Shown one piece after another: positions 1 to 8,483 of a stretch of DNA of 64,000 nt (position 1 is its first letter; each line of letters starts with the position of its first letter). The notes under the pieces are model-generated. The model saw nothing but the letters and a program-made list of their open reading frames with translations, was not told the DNA's origin and did no database searches. The translations under genes and the position numbers were made by a program. This stretch comes from an uncultured Anaerolineae bacterium (GTDB lineage: Bacteria; Chloroflexota; Anaerolineae; Aggregatilineales; Ch27): assembly GCA_964529715.1 (NCBI GenBank), contig CAZGXI010000007.1:17882-81881 (forward strand), written 5' to 3'.

Positions 1-89
1 TGGACGCCCAGGGCCAGCCGGAGACGCGCACCTGGATGGTGGAGCTTTACGACTATAACGGCGATCACCTCATCGAAGCGCCGGTATAG
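1..89 (+). CDS. 3' end of an upstream CDS (partial, product unknown)
   Basis: Open frame from the window edge (codons from nt 3) reads ...DAQGQPETRTWMVELYDYNGDHLIEAPV and ends at TAG 87-89. No recognisable motif. Confidence 0.3.
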   Translation, partial: DAQGQPETRTWMVELYDYNGDHLIEAPV

Positions 90-170
90 GCGACGCAGTG
101 AGTAAATGCAAAGCTGGGCTGCTGACTGCATTTCCCGGCAGTTGCGCGGTAGGCTGAAAGATCGCGCCGT

Positions 171-1844
171 ATGCAAAATCCAACTCAAAACTCAAAACTC
201 AGAACGCTTAACTTTTCTTCTCCCTCCCCCTGGTTGATCTTGGCGCTGGTCGGCGTGCCGGTATTCATTGGTGCGCTGGATGTCACGATCATCTCGGCAA
301 TTCTGCCGGAAGTGCTGGTACAGTTTCAGCTTCCGGTTGAGAGCAGCCTGGATGACCTGGCCTGGGCGGTCAGCGGCTACCTGCTGGCCTACACCATCTC
401 GATGACCTTCATGGGCCGTGTTTCCGATCTGATCGGGCGGCGCAGGACCTATCTGATCTGTTTGGTGATCTTCATCGCCGGATCGGTCTGGGTGGCAACG
501 GCTAACACCCTGCCTGCCCAGATGATCGAGGGGCTGCTCCGGCGGATGGGACAGCGTCCTGACCCCGCCCAGGTTGCCCTGGCATCGCTGGTAATCGGGC
601 GGGTGATCCAGGCGTTCGGCGGCGGGGCGCTCGTGCCGATCAGCATGGCGCTGGTAGGCGATTTGTTCCCGCCGCACCGCCGCGCCCAGCCGCTCGGTCT
701 GATCGGGGCGATTGACACCGCCGGCTGGGTGGTGGGTCACCTGTACGGCGGCGTGATGGTCCAGATCGTAGACTGGCAAACGCTATTCTGGCTGAACGTC
801 CCGGTTGGGCTGGCAGCATTTGTGATTACCTGGCTTGCGCTGCGGCGGGTCGAGCAGCCGCGCGCGCCGGGCCGCTTTGACTTCGCCGGAGCCGTGCTGC
901 TCGGCCTGACACTGGCGGCGATCAGCATCGGCCTGGGCGCAAACACCGAAGTCACTGTCGATGTGACCACCTTCGCGCAGCTTTCTGCCATGCCGCCCTA
1001 CGCCGGGCCGCTGCTGCTATGCGGCGCGGTGGCTTTCGTACTGTTTGTGCTGGTCGAACGGCAGCGCAGGCATCCCCTAATCGACCTGAACCTGTTCCGC
1101 AGGCGAAACTTCGCCAGCGGCAATCTGATCAGCCTGGTGGTCGGTTTTGCCCTGATGATCGGCTTGGTCGGGCCGCCGATCCTGATCAACATCCGCGCGC
1201 CAGATATGGCTCACCTCACCGAGGCGGCACTGCCGGTCGGGATTGTGATGAGCGCGTTGACCATCCCGATGGCGCTGGCGGCGATCCCCGGCGGCTGGCT
1301 GAGCGACCGCTTCGGCCACCGCGCCCCGACCGTGTTCGGGTTGCTGCTGGCAGCGGTCGGCTTCGTGCTGGCCGGCCTGACGTGGTTCGAGACGGTCACA
1401 TATACCGAAATGGCGCTACACATGATCCTGGTCGGCACCGGCCTGGGACTCACCTTCTCGCCGACCAGCGCCGCCGTGCTCAACGCTGCGCCAGACGATC
1501 AGCGCGGCATCGCCTCTGCCATCGACGATATGCTGCGGCTGATGGGCATGACCCTGGCTTCCTCTGCGCTAACGACAATTGCCCTGCGGCGCGTCTCGAT
1601 GCTGGCTGTAAGCCAAATCGGCCAGGAAGTTGCCATGACGCAGGAGGCGGTGAACATGTACGTCACCATCACCGCCCAGGTGATCCGCGAGCTGGCGCTG
1701 TTTGGGGCGCTGCTGTGCCTGCTGGCGCTGATCCCGGCCTGGCTGCTGCGCGGCGGGCGGGCGAAGGATTTCGCCGCCGAACACCCGCAGCCCCAAAAAA
1801 CGATCATCGGCGATATGGGTGTGAGAGAACCGGGAGTAAAATAA
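171..1844 (+). CDS. MFS transporter (drug:H+ antiporter-like, about 14 TM)
   Basis: 557-aa ORF, hydrophobic throughout. MFS motif A-like GRVSDLIGRRRTYL after TM2. ATG start at 171. Confidence 0.85.
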   Translation: MQNPTQNSKLRTLNFSSPSPWLILALVGVPVFIGALDVTIISAILPEVLVQFQLPVESSLDDLAWAVSGYLLAYTISMTFMGRVSDLIGRRRTYLICLVIFIAGSVWVATANTLPAQMIEGLLRRMGQRPDPAQVALASLVIGRVIQAFGGGALVPISMALVGDLFPPHRRAQPLGLIGAIDTAGWVVGHLYGGVMVQIVDWQTLFWLNVPVGLAAFVITWLALRRVEQPRAPGRFDFAGAVLLGLTLAAISIGLGANTEVTVDVTTFAQLSAMPPYAGPLLLCGAVAFVLFVLVERQRRHPLIDLNLFRRRNFASGNLISLVVGFALMIGLVGPPILINIRAPDMAHLTEAALPVGIVMSALTIPMALAAIPGGWLSDRFGHRAPTVFGLLLAAVGFVLAGLTWFETVTYTEMALHMILVGTGLGLTFSPTSAAVLNAAPDDQRGIASAIDDMLRLMGMTLASSALTTIALRRVSMLAVSQIGQEVAMTQEAVNMYVTITAQVIRELALFGALLCLLALIPAWLLRGGRAKDFAAEHPQPQKTIIGDMGVREPGVK

Positions 1845-1846
1845 CC

Positions 1847-2248
1847 ATGACCGACCTCGCGCCTGGATTGACCGGCGAATGTCGGTGGACCGTGACCGAC
1901 GATCTGACCGCCGCCCGGATCGGCAGTGGGCTGGTCGCCGTCTTTTCGACGCCGATGCTGGTCGGCCTGATGGAAAGCGCCGCCGTTGGCGCCCTCAAGG
2001 ACGCACTGGAGCCGGGTCTGACGAGCGTAGGTACGCGCATCGACGTGAAGCACCTAGCCGCGACGCCGGTCGGCTTGCAAGTACGAGCAACAGCGACGCT
2101 CAAGGAAGTGGACGGACGGCGGCTGGTCTTCGAGATCGAAGCCTGGGATGATGTGGAGAAAATCGGCGAGGCGACCCACGAACGTTTTATCGTGAACCTG
2201 CAACGCTTTGAGGCGCGCGCCGCGCAAAAACACACCCGAAAAGAGTGA
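1847..2248 (+). CDS. Hotdog-fold thioesterase (FlK/fluoroacetyl-CoA thioesterase-like family)
   Basis: Only the last 133 aa of ORF 1019..2248 are used (ATG 1847, 3 nt after the MFS stop). Sequence MTDLAPGLTGE...IGSGLVAVFSTPMLVGLMESAAV...THERFIV is typical of this small thioesterase family. Confidence 0.8.
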   Translation: MTDLAPGLTGECRWTVTDDLTAARIGSGLVAVFSTPMLVGLMESAAVGALKDALEPGLTSVGTRIDVKHLAATPVGLQVRATATLKEVDGRRLVFEIEAWDDVEKIGEATHERFIVNLQRFEARAAQKHTRKE

Positions 2249-2408
2249 GAGCGTGTTATGCACTTTCGTAGGCTAAAACGGCCCTCACCCCTGGCCCCTC
2301 TCCCGCAAGGCGAGGGGAAAATGCCGGACCTGCCCCCTCTCCATGAGGAAGAGGGGGTGGGGGTGAGAGCTGAGGCTAAACAAGCATCCAAAGTGCATAA
2401 CACGCTCT
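2248..2408. repeat. MITE-like palindromic element with 18-19 bp terminal inverted repeats and two internal GC-rich hairpins
   Basis: GAGCGTGTTATGCACTTT (2249-2266) is the perfect reverse complement of AAAGTGCATAACACGCTC (2390-2407), extendable by 1 nt each side. Internal hairpins are CCCCTC..GAGGGG and CCCCCTCT..AGAGGGGG. The element is non-coding and lies between two + strand genes. Confidence 0.6.
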
Positions 2409-2486
2409 AACCACCAGACGCACAACGGACGCCAGGATGGCTGTCTTCCGCTGCGTGCTCGTGGCGGCGAAAGAAAGAAGCGGACT

Positions 2487-3017
2487 GTGCTCTACCTCTC
2501 TTACACCCGTGAAGATGCCCTGCTCGCCCTGCGACTGGCCGAGGACCTGGCCGCGCTGGGTGTGGACGTATGGCTGGACCTGGACGAACTCGGCCCGGAA
2601 GCCGACTGGTCCGCTGCCCTGGACGCGGCTATTGCCGCCAGCGAAGGCGTGATTCTGGTGCTTTCACCGGAGGCCATGCGCCGTGAACATATCCGGCGCG
2701 AACTGCGGCAGATTTTCCAGGCCGAGAAACCGTTATACCTGGCCGTCGCCCGTCCATCCCCCTGGCGCGAGTGGCTTCAGGGGCTGCCGTTTGCCGACTT
2801 CACACAGGATTACGAAGCCGGGCTGAATGCTCTGCTGCTGGTGCTCACCGGCGAACCGGGAAGTGCCGATGAAGTGGGGGATGACCCCGCCGAGGCGTTT
2901 CTGCGCGCGGCAGAAGATCAGAAAAGCCGCCCGCAGAAGCCCCATCGAAAAGAGCAAGAAGAACAGCGCCAGAAGCGCGAATCCCTGCTTGGTCGGCTAC
3001 GACGGCGCTTTCACTGA
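2487..3017 (+). CDS. TIR domain protein (TIR_2-like, stand-alone) with a basic low-complexity tail
   Basis: GTG start after a purine-rich stretch. N-terminal LYLSYTREDALLALRLAEDLAALGVDVWLDLDEL...W..AL..AI..SEGVILVLSPEAMRREHIRRELRQ follows the bacterial TIR_2 pattern. The C-terminus is a charged tail (KSRPQKPHRKEQEEQRQKRE). Confidence 0.7.
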   Translation: MLYLSYTREDALLALRLAEDLAALGVDVWLDLDELGPEADWSAALDAAIAASEGVILVLSPEAMRREHIRRELRQIFQAEKPLYLAVARPSPWREWLQGLPFADFTQDYEAGLNALLLVLTGEPGSADEVGDDPAEAFLRAAEDQKSRPQKPHRKEQEEQRQKRESLLGRLRRRFH

Positions 3018-3065
3018 GCGCCCGCAGAACGTCATCTGCACATCGCAGATGACGACACGACACAC

Positions 3066-3863
3066 TCAACAGCCGAACGGGATACTGATGTTCTGCGCCA
3101 CGCCCAGATCGTAAACGTCGTAGCGGACGAACACCTGCCCGGTGACGGGAAGCTGGCTCTCGAACAGCCGCACGTTGGTCACATCCACATTGGCGTAGTA
3201 GCGCACGACCACATTGTGCAGCGGCGCGACCCATAGTTCCCCACTGCTTAATTGGAGCGCGCTGTTCTCGATGGCATGAACAGCAGGCAGAGTCATGCTG
3301 GGCAGGGTGACATCATACCGATACGCCTCCACGCCGTTGAGGACGGCATGGGTGCCGCTGTATGGCGCTGCCGTCACGCCGCCGATCAAAGTCCCGGCTT
3401 CCAAGCCGGCAATGGTGCGGGCGGTATCTTCAACGTTGAGCAAGCAGCGCCCGTTGGCATCCACTAGATAATAGGCATCGCCCAGGCGCACCCCCTCAAA
3501 ACGGCGCGGTTCCGCCACGAAAGAATCGCCTTCAGCTGCCAGCACTACGCGGCGCGCCTGAGCCACATCGTCCCACCAGACCTCGGCACGGATGTAGCCG
3601 GAAGTCTGGCGTGATGTCTGCCCAAAGGCGCCCTCGAAGCGCATCTCGACTGTATAACGATACCCCGGCAGGTCATTCAGGTGGTCATCAACAGATGGGA
3701 AAGCAACCGTCCCGAAGCCGGGCGGCGGTGCGGCGGCAGTCAGCGCCAGGGCAGTCGCCAGCGAATCAGGATCAAATGGCGGCGGTGGTGGTGTCTGCCC
3801 TAAGCCCTGGCAACCCGCCAGGAGAATCACCAGCACGGCGAGGAAAAACCGGGACTTTCCCAT
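3066..3863 (-). CDS. Hypothetical lipoprotein
   Basis: N-terminus MGKSRFFLAVLVILLAGC is a signal peptide plus lipobox (LAGC), followed by a Pro-rich linker. No known domain recognised. Confidence 0.7.
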   Translation of the reverse strand: MGKSRFFLAVLVILLAGCQGLGQTPPPPPFDPDSLATALALTAAAPPPGFGTVAFPSVDDHLNDLPGYRYTVEMRFEGAFGQTSRQTSGYIRAEVWWDDVAQARRVVLAAEGDSFVAEPRRFEGVRLGDAYYLVDANGRCLLNVEDTARTIAGLEAGTLIGGVTAAPYSGTHAVLNGVEAYRYDVTLPSMTLPAVHAIENSALQLSSGELWVAPLHNVVVRYYANVDVTNVRLFESQLPVTGQVFVRYDVYDLGVAQNISIPFGC

Positions 3864-3914
3864 GCGTATCCACCTCCTAAGAAAACACAGTCGTCCGAAC
3901 TTTGACAGAGCGAA

Positions 3915-4415
3915 TCAGTTCCGCCACAGCTTCCTCAGTGCAGCGCGAGTCATGAGTACCTGTTTATATTCTGGGTATTCCCACTCCAGGAGAATATGGT
4001 TGATAAGCGGCGTCAGATTGCTGGTGACCGTCAGATCGGGGGCCTCCAATGCACGCTGTACTTTAGCGATCAGCTCGTCCGGCCTTGACGGCAATACCAG
4101 GTAGTCGTACACCCCCAACCTGATAGACCGCACCAGCAGCTGCGGAGTGATAGGCATGACCGTCATTATGATGGCGCGCGTGGGAACCCGTTCGCGTCTG
4201 AGCGCCTCCACCACATCGTATCCGCTCATGAACGGCATTATGTCGTCTATGAGAGTCACGTCGGGCCGCGCTTCGATGGCCAGCGAGATCGCCTCGGCGG
4301 CGCTGGAGGCTCCTAAGAATCTGGCTTCCGGGAATTTCATGGCCAACACTGTGCGGATAAACACGACCCTAGACAGACTGTCGTCAACAGCAAGGATAGT
4401 CAACGGTTGGGCCAC
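3915..4415 (-). CDS. Stand-alone response-regulator receiver protein (atypical, conserved Lys replaced)
   Basis: GTG start with AAGGAG 7 nt upstream. Motifs ILAVDDS, VTLIDDIMPFMSGYD and AIIMTV are present. The usual DYLxKP reads DYLVLP. Confidence 0.85.
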   Translation of the reverse strand: MAQPLTILAVDDSLSRVVFIRTVLAMKFPEARFLGASSAAEAISLAIEARPDVTLIDDIMPFMSGYDVVEALRRERVPTRAIIMTVMPITPQLLVRSIRLGVYDYLVLPSRPDELIAKVQRALEAPDLTVTSNLTPLINHILLEWEYPEYKQVLMTRAALRKLWRN

Positions 4416-4532
4416 AAATCAACTCCTTCGCGGACGCAGGCTGCGCCTGACACGATTAGCCTCCCCTGTTGATCACCCGTTGAAGAACCAATCTGACCTG
4501 TTTCTTTCGGGCAGCAAAAGAAAACATGCTCT

Positions 4533-5729
4533 TTAGAATAACTGCATCGGCGGGCGCAGCACCGGCTCGACCAGTTGGAGTGGATTCGGCACAAAAACCA
4601 GCACGAAGATCGCCAGCGTCAGCACGGCCAACGCACGGCGGCGACCATCTAGCGGCGTGATCATATCCAGCGGCGTGGCGTAGACTCGCCCAAACAGCAG
4701 CAACAGAAACACCCACAACATCCAGGCTTCAGAAACAAACAATGCCAACGCCGCCATGATCAGGATCGCCGGGCCGTAAAGCTGGCGCGCCCGGTTGCCC
4801 AACAGCGTAAACAGGACGTGCCCGCCATCAAGCTGCCCAATCGGGATCAGGTTCAACCCGGTGACAAACAGGCCGGTCCAACCCGCCTGGGCCAACTGAT
4901 TTAAGAACACATCCACACGCCCATCAGGTAAAAAGCGCCCGTAAGTGACCACTTTGGCGAGCGCGTACAGGATCGAATTTCCTTCGAGGAGATAGGGTTC
5001 GCCCGTCGGCAAAGGACGCACTTCCGCCGTCGCCAGACCGATCAACAAGATGGGAATGGCGAACACCAGCCCGGCCAGCGGCCCCGCCGCGCCCACATCG
5101 AACAACGCCTTGCGGTTGCGCATCGGCGCGCGAAGCTGAATGAACGCGCCAAGCGTTCCAAAGAAGCCAAATGGCAGCGGGATAAAGTACGGCAAAGTTA
5201 CGGGCACACGATGATGGCGCGCAGCAAAATAATGCCCCAACTCATGCGCGCCTAGAATGAGGACAATACTCAGCGCGTAGGGCCAGCCGCGCCAGATTTC
5301 GGTTAACTGGCGATTCGGATCGGTCAGCAGGGCGTCGCCCAGAGCGATGCCTGCTCCCACATACAGCAGGCTGAGCACTGTCAGGATGAACAACACCAGA
5401 TTGGGCCACCAGGCGCGCGGCGGCGGGTTGATCCGACCGCTCATGATCTGGACCTGCTGCACATCTCCCTGCTCCCGGAAAGCCGCAGTGTAGTTCAGCG
5501 TAGCCAGACGTTCATCAAGCTGTGCATAAGCGTCCTCGGAATCTAGCAGCAGCCGACCCGTAAAAACCGCCGTTATACCGGGCAAGGGATGAAACTGCTC
5601 TGCCTCAATCAGAAAGACCTCGGCCACCGCCCGGCGCAGCGCATCAAACTGCCGCTCTTCAGCTGGTGGAGTGATCGTTTCCGGCAGAACGGGATTATCA
5701 TGATTGTAAGAGGCCATTTCGTCGAGCAT
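4533..5729 (-). CDS. Site-2 protease family (peptidase M50) membrane metalloprotease
   Basis: HELGHYFAARHH (HExxH) lies inside a TM segment. The protein is polytopic. A second motif region is GQLDGGHV. Confidence 0.85.
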   Translation of the reverse strand: MLDEMASYNHDNPVLPETITPPAEERQFDALRRAVAEVFLIEAEQFHPLPGITAVFTGRLLLDSEDAYAQLDERLATLNYTAAFREQGDVQQVQIMSGRINPPPRAWWPNLVLFILTVLSLLYVGAGIALGDALLTDPNRQLTEIWRGWPYALSIVLILGAHELGHYFAARHHRVPVTLPYFIPLPFGFFGTLGAFIQLRAPMRNRKALFDVGAAGPLAGLVFAIPILLIGLATAEVRPLPTGEPYLLEGNSILYALAKVVTYGRFLPDGRVDVFLNQLAQAGWTGLFVTGLNLIPIGQLDGGHVLFTLLGNRARQLYGPAILIMAALALFVSEAWMLWVFLLLLFGRVYATPLDMITPLDGRRRALAVLTLAIFVLVFVPNPLQLVEPVLRPPMQLF

Positions 5730-5780
5730 GTAACCGTTGACCCTACCTCATCTTGTCTTAAGCCAACACCACACTCCCGA

Positions 5781-6920
5781 CTATACCGCTGCCCGGCCAT
5801 TTTGTCGCGCCTGAGAATCCACCGGTATGGTCGTTGCGGCGTCTTCCTGCCGCATCCAGACGATCATCAACGCCCACACCAGCAGCAAGAAAGCAGGCCA
5901 ATAATATCCCTGCCCCCAGTAAAGCAGCTCCCGCGTCGCCAGGAACGGCAGGTCGATCAGCAAGATCAGCAGCCCACCGATCCGGGGGCGTTCCTGAAAC
6001 AGCGGGATAATTCCAACGGCAAGCACCGTGAGAATGCTGTTCCCAGCGGAATACGGAGCCAACAGCAGGGATGCACTGATCAACATGGCCGCCTTCGCCC
6101 GCGAGAACGTCGGGCCACTTTTCCAGGCCCAATACAGTGTGGCAGCCAGAAACGCCATCCCCACCCCTGCTCGTATGGTCAGCGAGGCAATCCCGGCACG
6201 CTCCAGCGTCGCCCACAGGCTGATGTCCATCACACTGCCGCGCTGGTAGATGCCGAAAACGGCGGTCAGCCAATCGCCGCCCTTCCACAATAGGCCGGGA
6301 ACGATCACCAGCGCCAGGAGGCCGCCCAGTTGAAGCCACGCCGGACGGGGCCAGGTCCGCAACACCGACAACGCCAGCACGAACAACAGCAACGCCGATT
6401 CCTGTGGCTTGGCGCAGACGAGCAGGATTCCCGCCGCCAGGGTATAGGCATTGCGCCGCCTGTAGCCGTGCACGCACAGCAGCGCCCCGGCGATAATCAT
6501 CGCCTCGAAATTGCCGTCGGCAGCATGGCGCAGCGCCAGAAACGATGTGGTCAGTAGAAAAACGCTGAGGAAAAACAACGCCCGCCGGGGCGTACGGGGA
6601 ACGCTGAGGACCAATACGACATACGTGAGAAAAACCAGCGCCCCCCAGCCAGCACGCATCGGCAAAAGGCCCAGCGGCAGGATGAGCAGTAGATTCCAGG
6701 GCGGGATACGCACCCCGGTCTCGCCGCCCAGATAGTTCGGCTGCCCGCCCTGGATGGCATGCCAGATGCCGCCCCAGTCTATCGCCAGCGTTGTGCCCTC
6801 GATAGGCATCTGTTGGAAGAAGGCGATAAAAAGCAGGGCCGCCGCCGCTAACCCGACCAACAAAACAGCCCAACCGATGACGCGGCCTGCGCGAAACGCT
6901 TGAACACTCATGCCCGGCAA
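5781..6920 (-). CDS. Polytopic integral membrane protein (possibly GT-C/DUF2029-like)
   Basis: 379-aa ORF with about 10 hydrophobic segments. This frame was chosen over the overlapping 5758..6873 frame because of its membrane-protein-like composition. The function call is weak. Confidence 0.55.
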   Translation of the reverse strand: MPGMSVQAFRAGRVIGWAVLLVGLAAAALLFIAFFQQMPIEGTTLAIDWGGIWHAIQGGQPNYLGGETGVRIPPWNLLLILPLGLLPMRAGWGALVFLTYVVLVLSVPRTPRRALFFLSVFLLTTSFLALRHAADGNFEAMIIAGALLCVHGYRRRNAYTLAAGILLVCAKPQESALLLFVLALSVLRTWPRPAWLQLGGLLALVIVPGLLWKGGDWLTAVFGIYQRGSVMDISLWATLERAGIASLTIRAGVGMAFLAATLYWAWKSGPTFSRAKAAMLISASLLLAPYSAGNSILTVLAVGIIPLFQERPRIGGLLILLIDLPFLATRELLYWGQGYYWPAFLLLVWALMIVWMRQEDAATTIPVDSQARQNGRAAV

Positions 6921-6932
6921 GCCCCTCGGTCT

Positions 6933-7505
6933 TCAGTCGCGTGGGACGATATGGTGTTCCCGACAGCGCGCCTCGTAGGCTTCCGCCGCGCCGACCATGA
7001 TTACCGGATCATGATAATGGGCTGGACGCCCGTCCACCAACCGCTGCGTGCGGCTGGCGGCCTCGCCACAGACGACACAAATGGCGTGCAACTTGGTCAC
7101 TTCCTCTGCACGGGCCATCAGGATCGGCATCGGGCCGAACGGTTCTCCCCGAAAGTCCATATCCAGTCCGGCCAAGATGACCCGGATTCCGCGCGCAGCC
7201 AGCGCCTCGACTACGCCCGGCAGCGCATCGTCAAAGAACTGCGCCTCGTCGATGCCGACGACGGTCGTATCCGGTTCGAGATGCCTGAGGATGTCTTCGG
7301 CAGCGCCGACAGGCAGGGCGTCGAAGCCCTGACCGTTATGAGATACAACCTGGCGATGATCGTAGCGGTCGTCTAAAGCAGGCTTAAAGACCTGCACCTT
7401 CTGTCGGGCAATCTGGGCGCGCCGCAACCGCCGGATCAACTCCTCCGTCTTGCCGCTGAACATACTGCCGCACACAATTTCCGTGCGGCCACTGTGGTGA
7501 ATCAT
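6933..7505 (-). CDS. tdk: Thymidine kinase
   Basis: [16 protein letters not shown]-loop. C-terminal Zn ribbon [13 protein letters not shown]...EARCREHH. Confidence 0.95.
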   Translation of the reverse strand: MIHHSGRTEIVCGSMFSGKTEELIRRLRRAQIARQKVQVFKPALDDRYDHRQVVSHNGQGFDALPVGAAEDILRHLEPDTTVVGIDEAQFFDDALPGVVEALAARGIRVILAGLDMDFRGEPFGPMPILMARAEEVTKLHAICVVCGEAASRTQRLVDGRPAHYHDPVIMVGAAEAYEARCREHHIVPRD

Positions 7506-7560
7506 GGCTCATCCTCAAAAACACTATCCACGATTCGTCTTCATATGTGGCCAGGGTACT

Positions 7561-7596
7561 TAAAAACAACAGAGCAGGCGCTTTTAGCGAGCCTGC
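7561..7596 (-). terminator. Rho-independent terminator downstream of the L31-fusion gene
   Basis: On the minus strand, GCAGGC-loop-GCCTGC (7574-7579/7591-7596) is followed by TCTGTTGTTTTTA. Confidence 0.6.
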
Positions 7597-7622
7597 CCTG
7601 TCGATCTGCATTTTGACGCGAC

Positions 7623-8096
7623 TCAACCCTCAGCCGGCACGTCTTCGGGGAGCTGGTAGCCGCGCGCACGCAGTTTCTTTTTCATCTCGGAGAGCGCCTG
7701 GCGTCCAAAACCGGGAAAGCCCAACAGCCCTTCATCGCCCTGCTGCGCCAGCCGCCCCAACACGTCACCGACGGTCTTGAGTCCGTTCTGGGTTAAGATA
7801 TTGACGCGGCGCGCGTCAAGGCCGAGTTCGACCAACGACACCTCAAGCGAAGTCCGAGACGTCTCGCGGGCGGCTGCATCGGCCTGGTACTCGTCGCGGG
7901 CTTGCAGCCGCTTATAGAAGCGGTCCACCTGTCCTTCGGTGTCCACGATACGCTGTTCGCCGGTGAAGAAGGGGTGACACACCGAGCACACGTCCACGCG
8001 GAGTTCTGGCTTAGTTGCACCGGTTGTCCACGTATTCCCGCAGGCGCAGATCACGCGGGCCTCAGGATACCACTTCGGATGGATGTTTTCCTTCAT
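7623..8096 (-). CDS. rpmE: Ribosomal protein L31 (Zn type) fused to a C-terminal RNA polymerase alpha-CTD-like helix-hairpin-helix domain
   Basis: MKENIHPKWY...ICACGNTW...VCSVCHPFFTGEQRIVDTEGQVDRFYKRL is a full L31. About 90 extra aa follow, with LELGLDARRVNILTQNGLKTVGDVL...LLGFPGFGRQALSEMKKKLRARGYQL, resembling the RpoA C-terminal domain. ATG at 8096 with AAAGGTG upstream. Confidence 0.85.
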   Translation of the reverse strand: MKENIHPKWYPEARVICACGNTWTTGATKPELRVDVCSVCHPFFTGEQRIVDTEGQVDRFYKRLQARDEYQADAAARETSRTSLEVSLVELGLDARRVNILTQNGLKTVGDVLGRLAQQGDEGLLGFPGFGRQALSEMKKKLRARGYQLPEDVPAEG

Positions 8097-8159
8097 GCGA
8101 TTGTGCACCTTTCGCGTCACGGACCACGACGGGTTGGCGTGACGGCTGGATATGCCATG

Positions 8160-8456
8160 TCAGCTATTCTGCACGGCGGATTCGGTCTGCGCCGGCTGAG
8201 GCGGTTCCGGGTAAACACTGATGCGCTTGCGCCCGCCGCGCATAAACTCGAAGCGCACATACCCTGCGATAGTGGCAAAAATGGTGTAATCCTTGCCCAT
8301 ATCGACGTTCACGCCGGGGTGGAACTTGGTTCCACGCTGGCGAACGATGATATTGCCAGGGATAACGAACTCGCCACCGTACCGCTTGACACCCAGGCGC
8401 TTGGACTGGCTGTCGCGCCCATTGCGGCTGGAGCCGCCGCCTTTCTTGTGAGCCAT
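8160..8456 (-). CDS. rpmA: Ribosomal protein L27
   Basis: [48 protein letters not shown]. Confidence 0.97.
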   Translation of the reverse strand: MAHKKGGGSSRNGRDSQSKRLGVKRYGGEFVIPGNIIVRQRGTKFHPGVNVDMGKDYTIFATIAGYVRFEFMRGGRKRISVYPEPPQPAQTESAVQNS

Positions 8457-8483
8457 GACCGCTGTCTCCTTCGAGTAATCCCG

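Noticed and set aside
1019-2248. A 409-aa ORF overlapping the MFS transporter gene in another frame.
   Set aside because: The first 276 aa or so are Arg/Pro/Gly-rich, which is typical of an off-frame translation of high-GC coding DNA. Only the last 133 aa (from ATG 1847) resemble a real protein, a hotdog thioesterase.
2487-5729. The TIR protein considered as part of a Thoeris-like or other multi-gene defence locus with its neighbours.
   Set aside because: No SIR2/SLOG/Macro, nuclease, STING, NLR-like NTPase or other effector gene is adjacent. The neighbours are convergently transcribed envelope or signalling genes. It is therefore reported only as an orphan TIR.
5758-6873. A 371-aa ORF on the same strand as 5781..6920 but in a different frame.
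   Set aside because: It is Gly/Arg/Ala-rich with no hydrophobic periodicity. The 5781..6920 frame gives a coherent polytopic membrane protein, so only one frame can be real.
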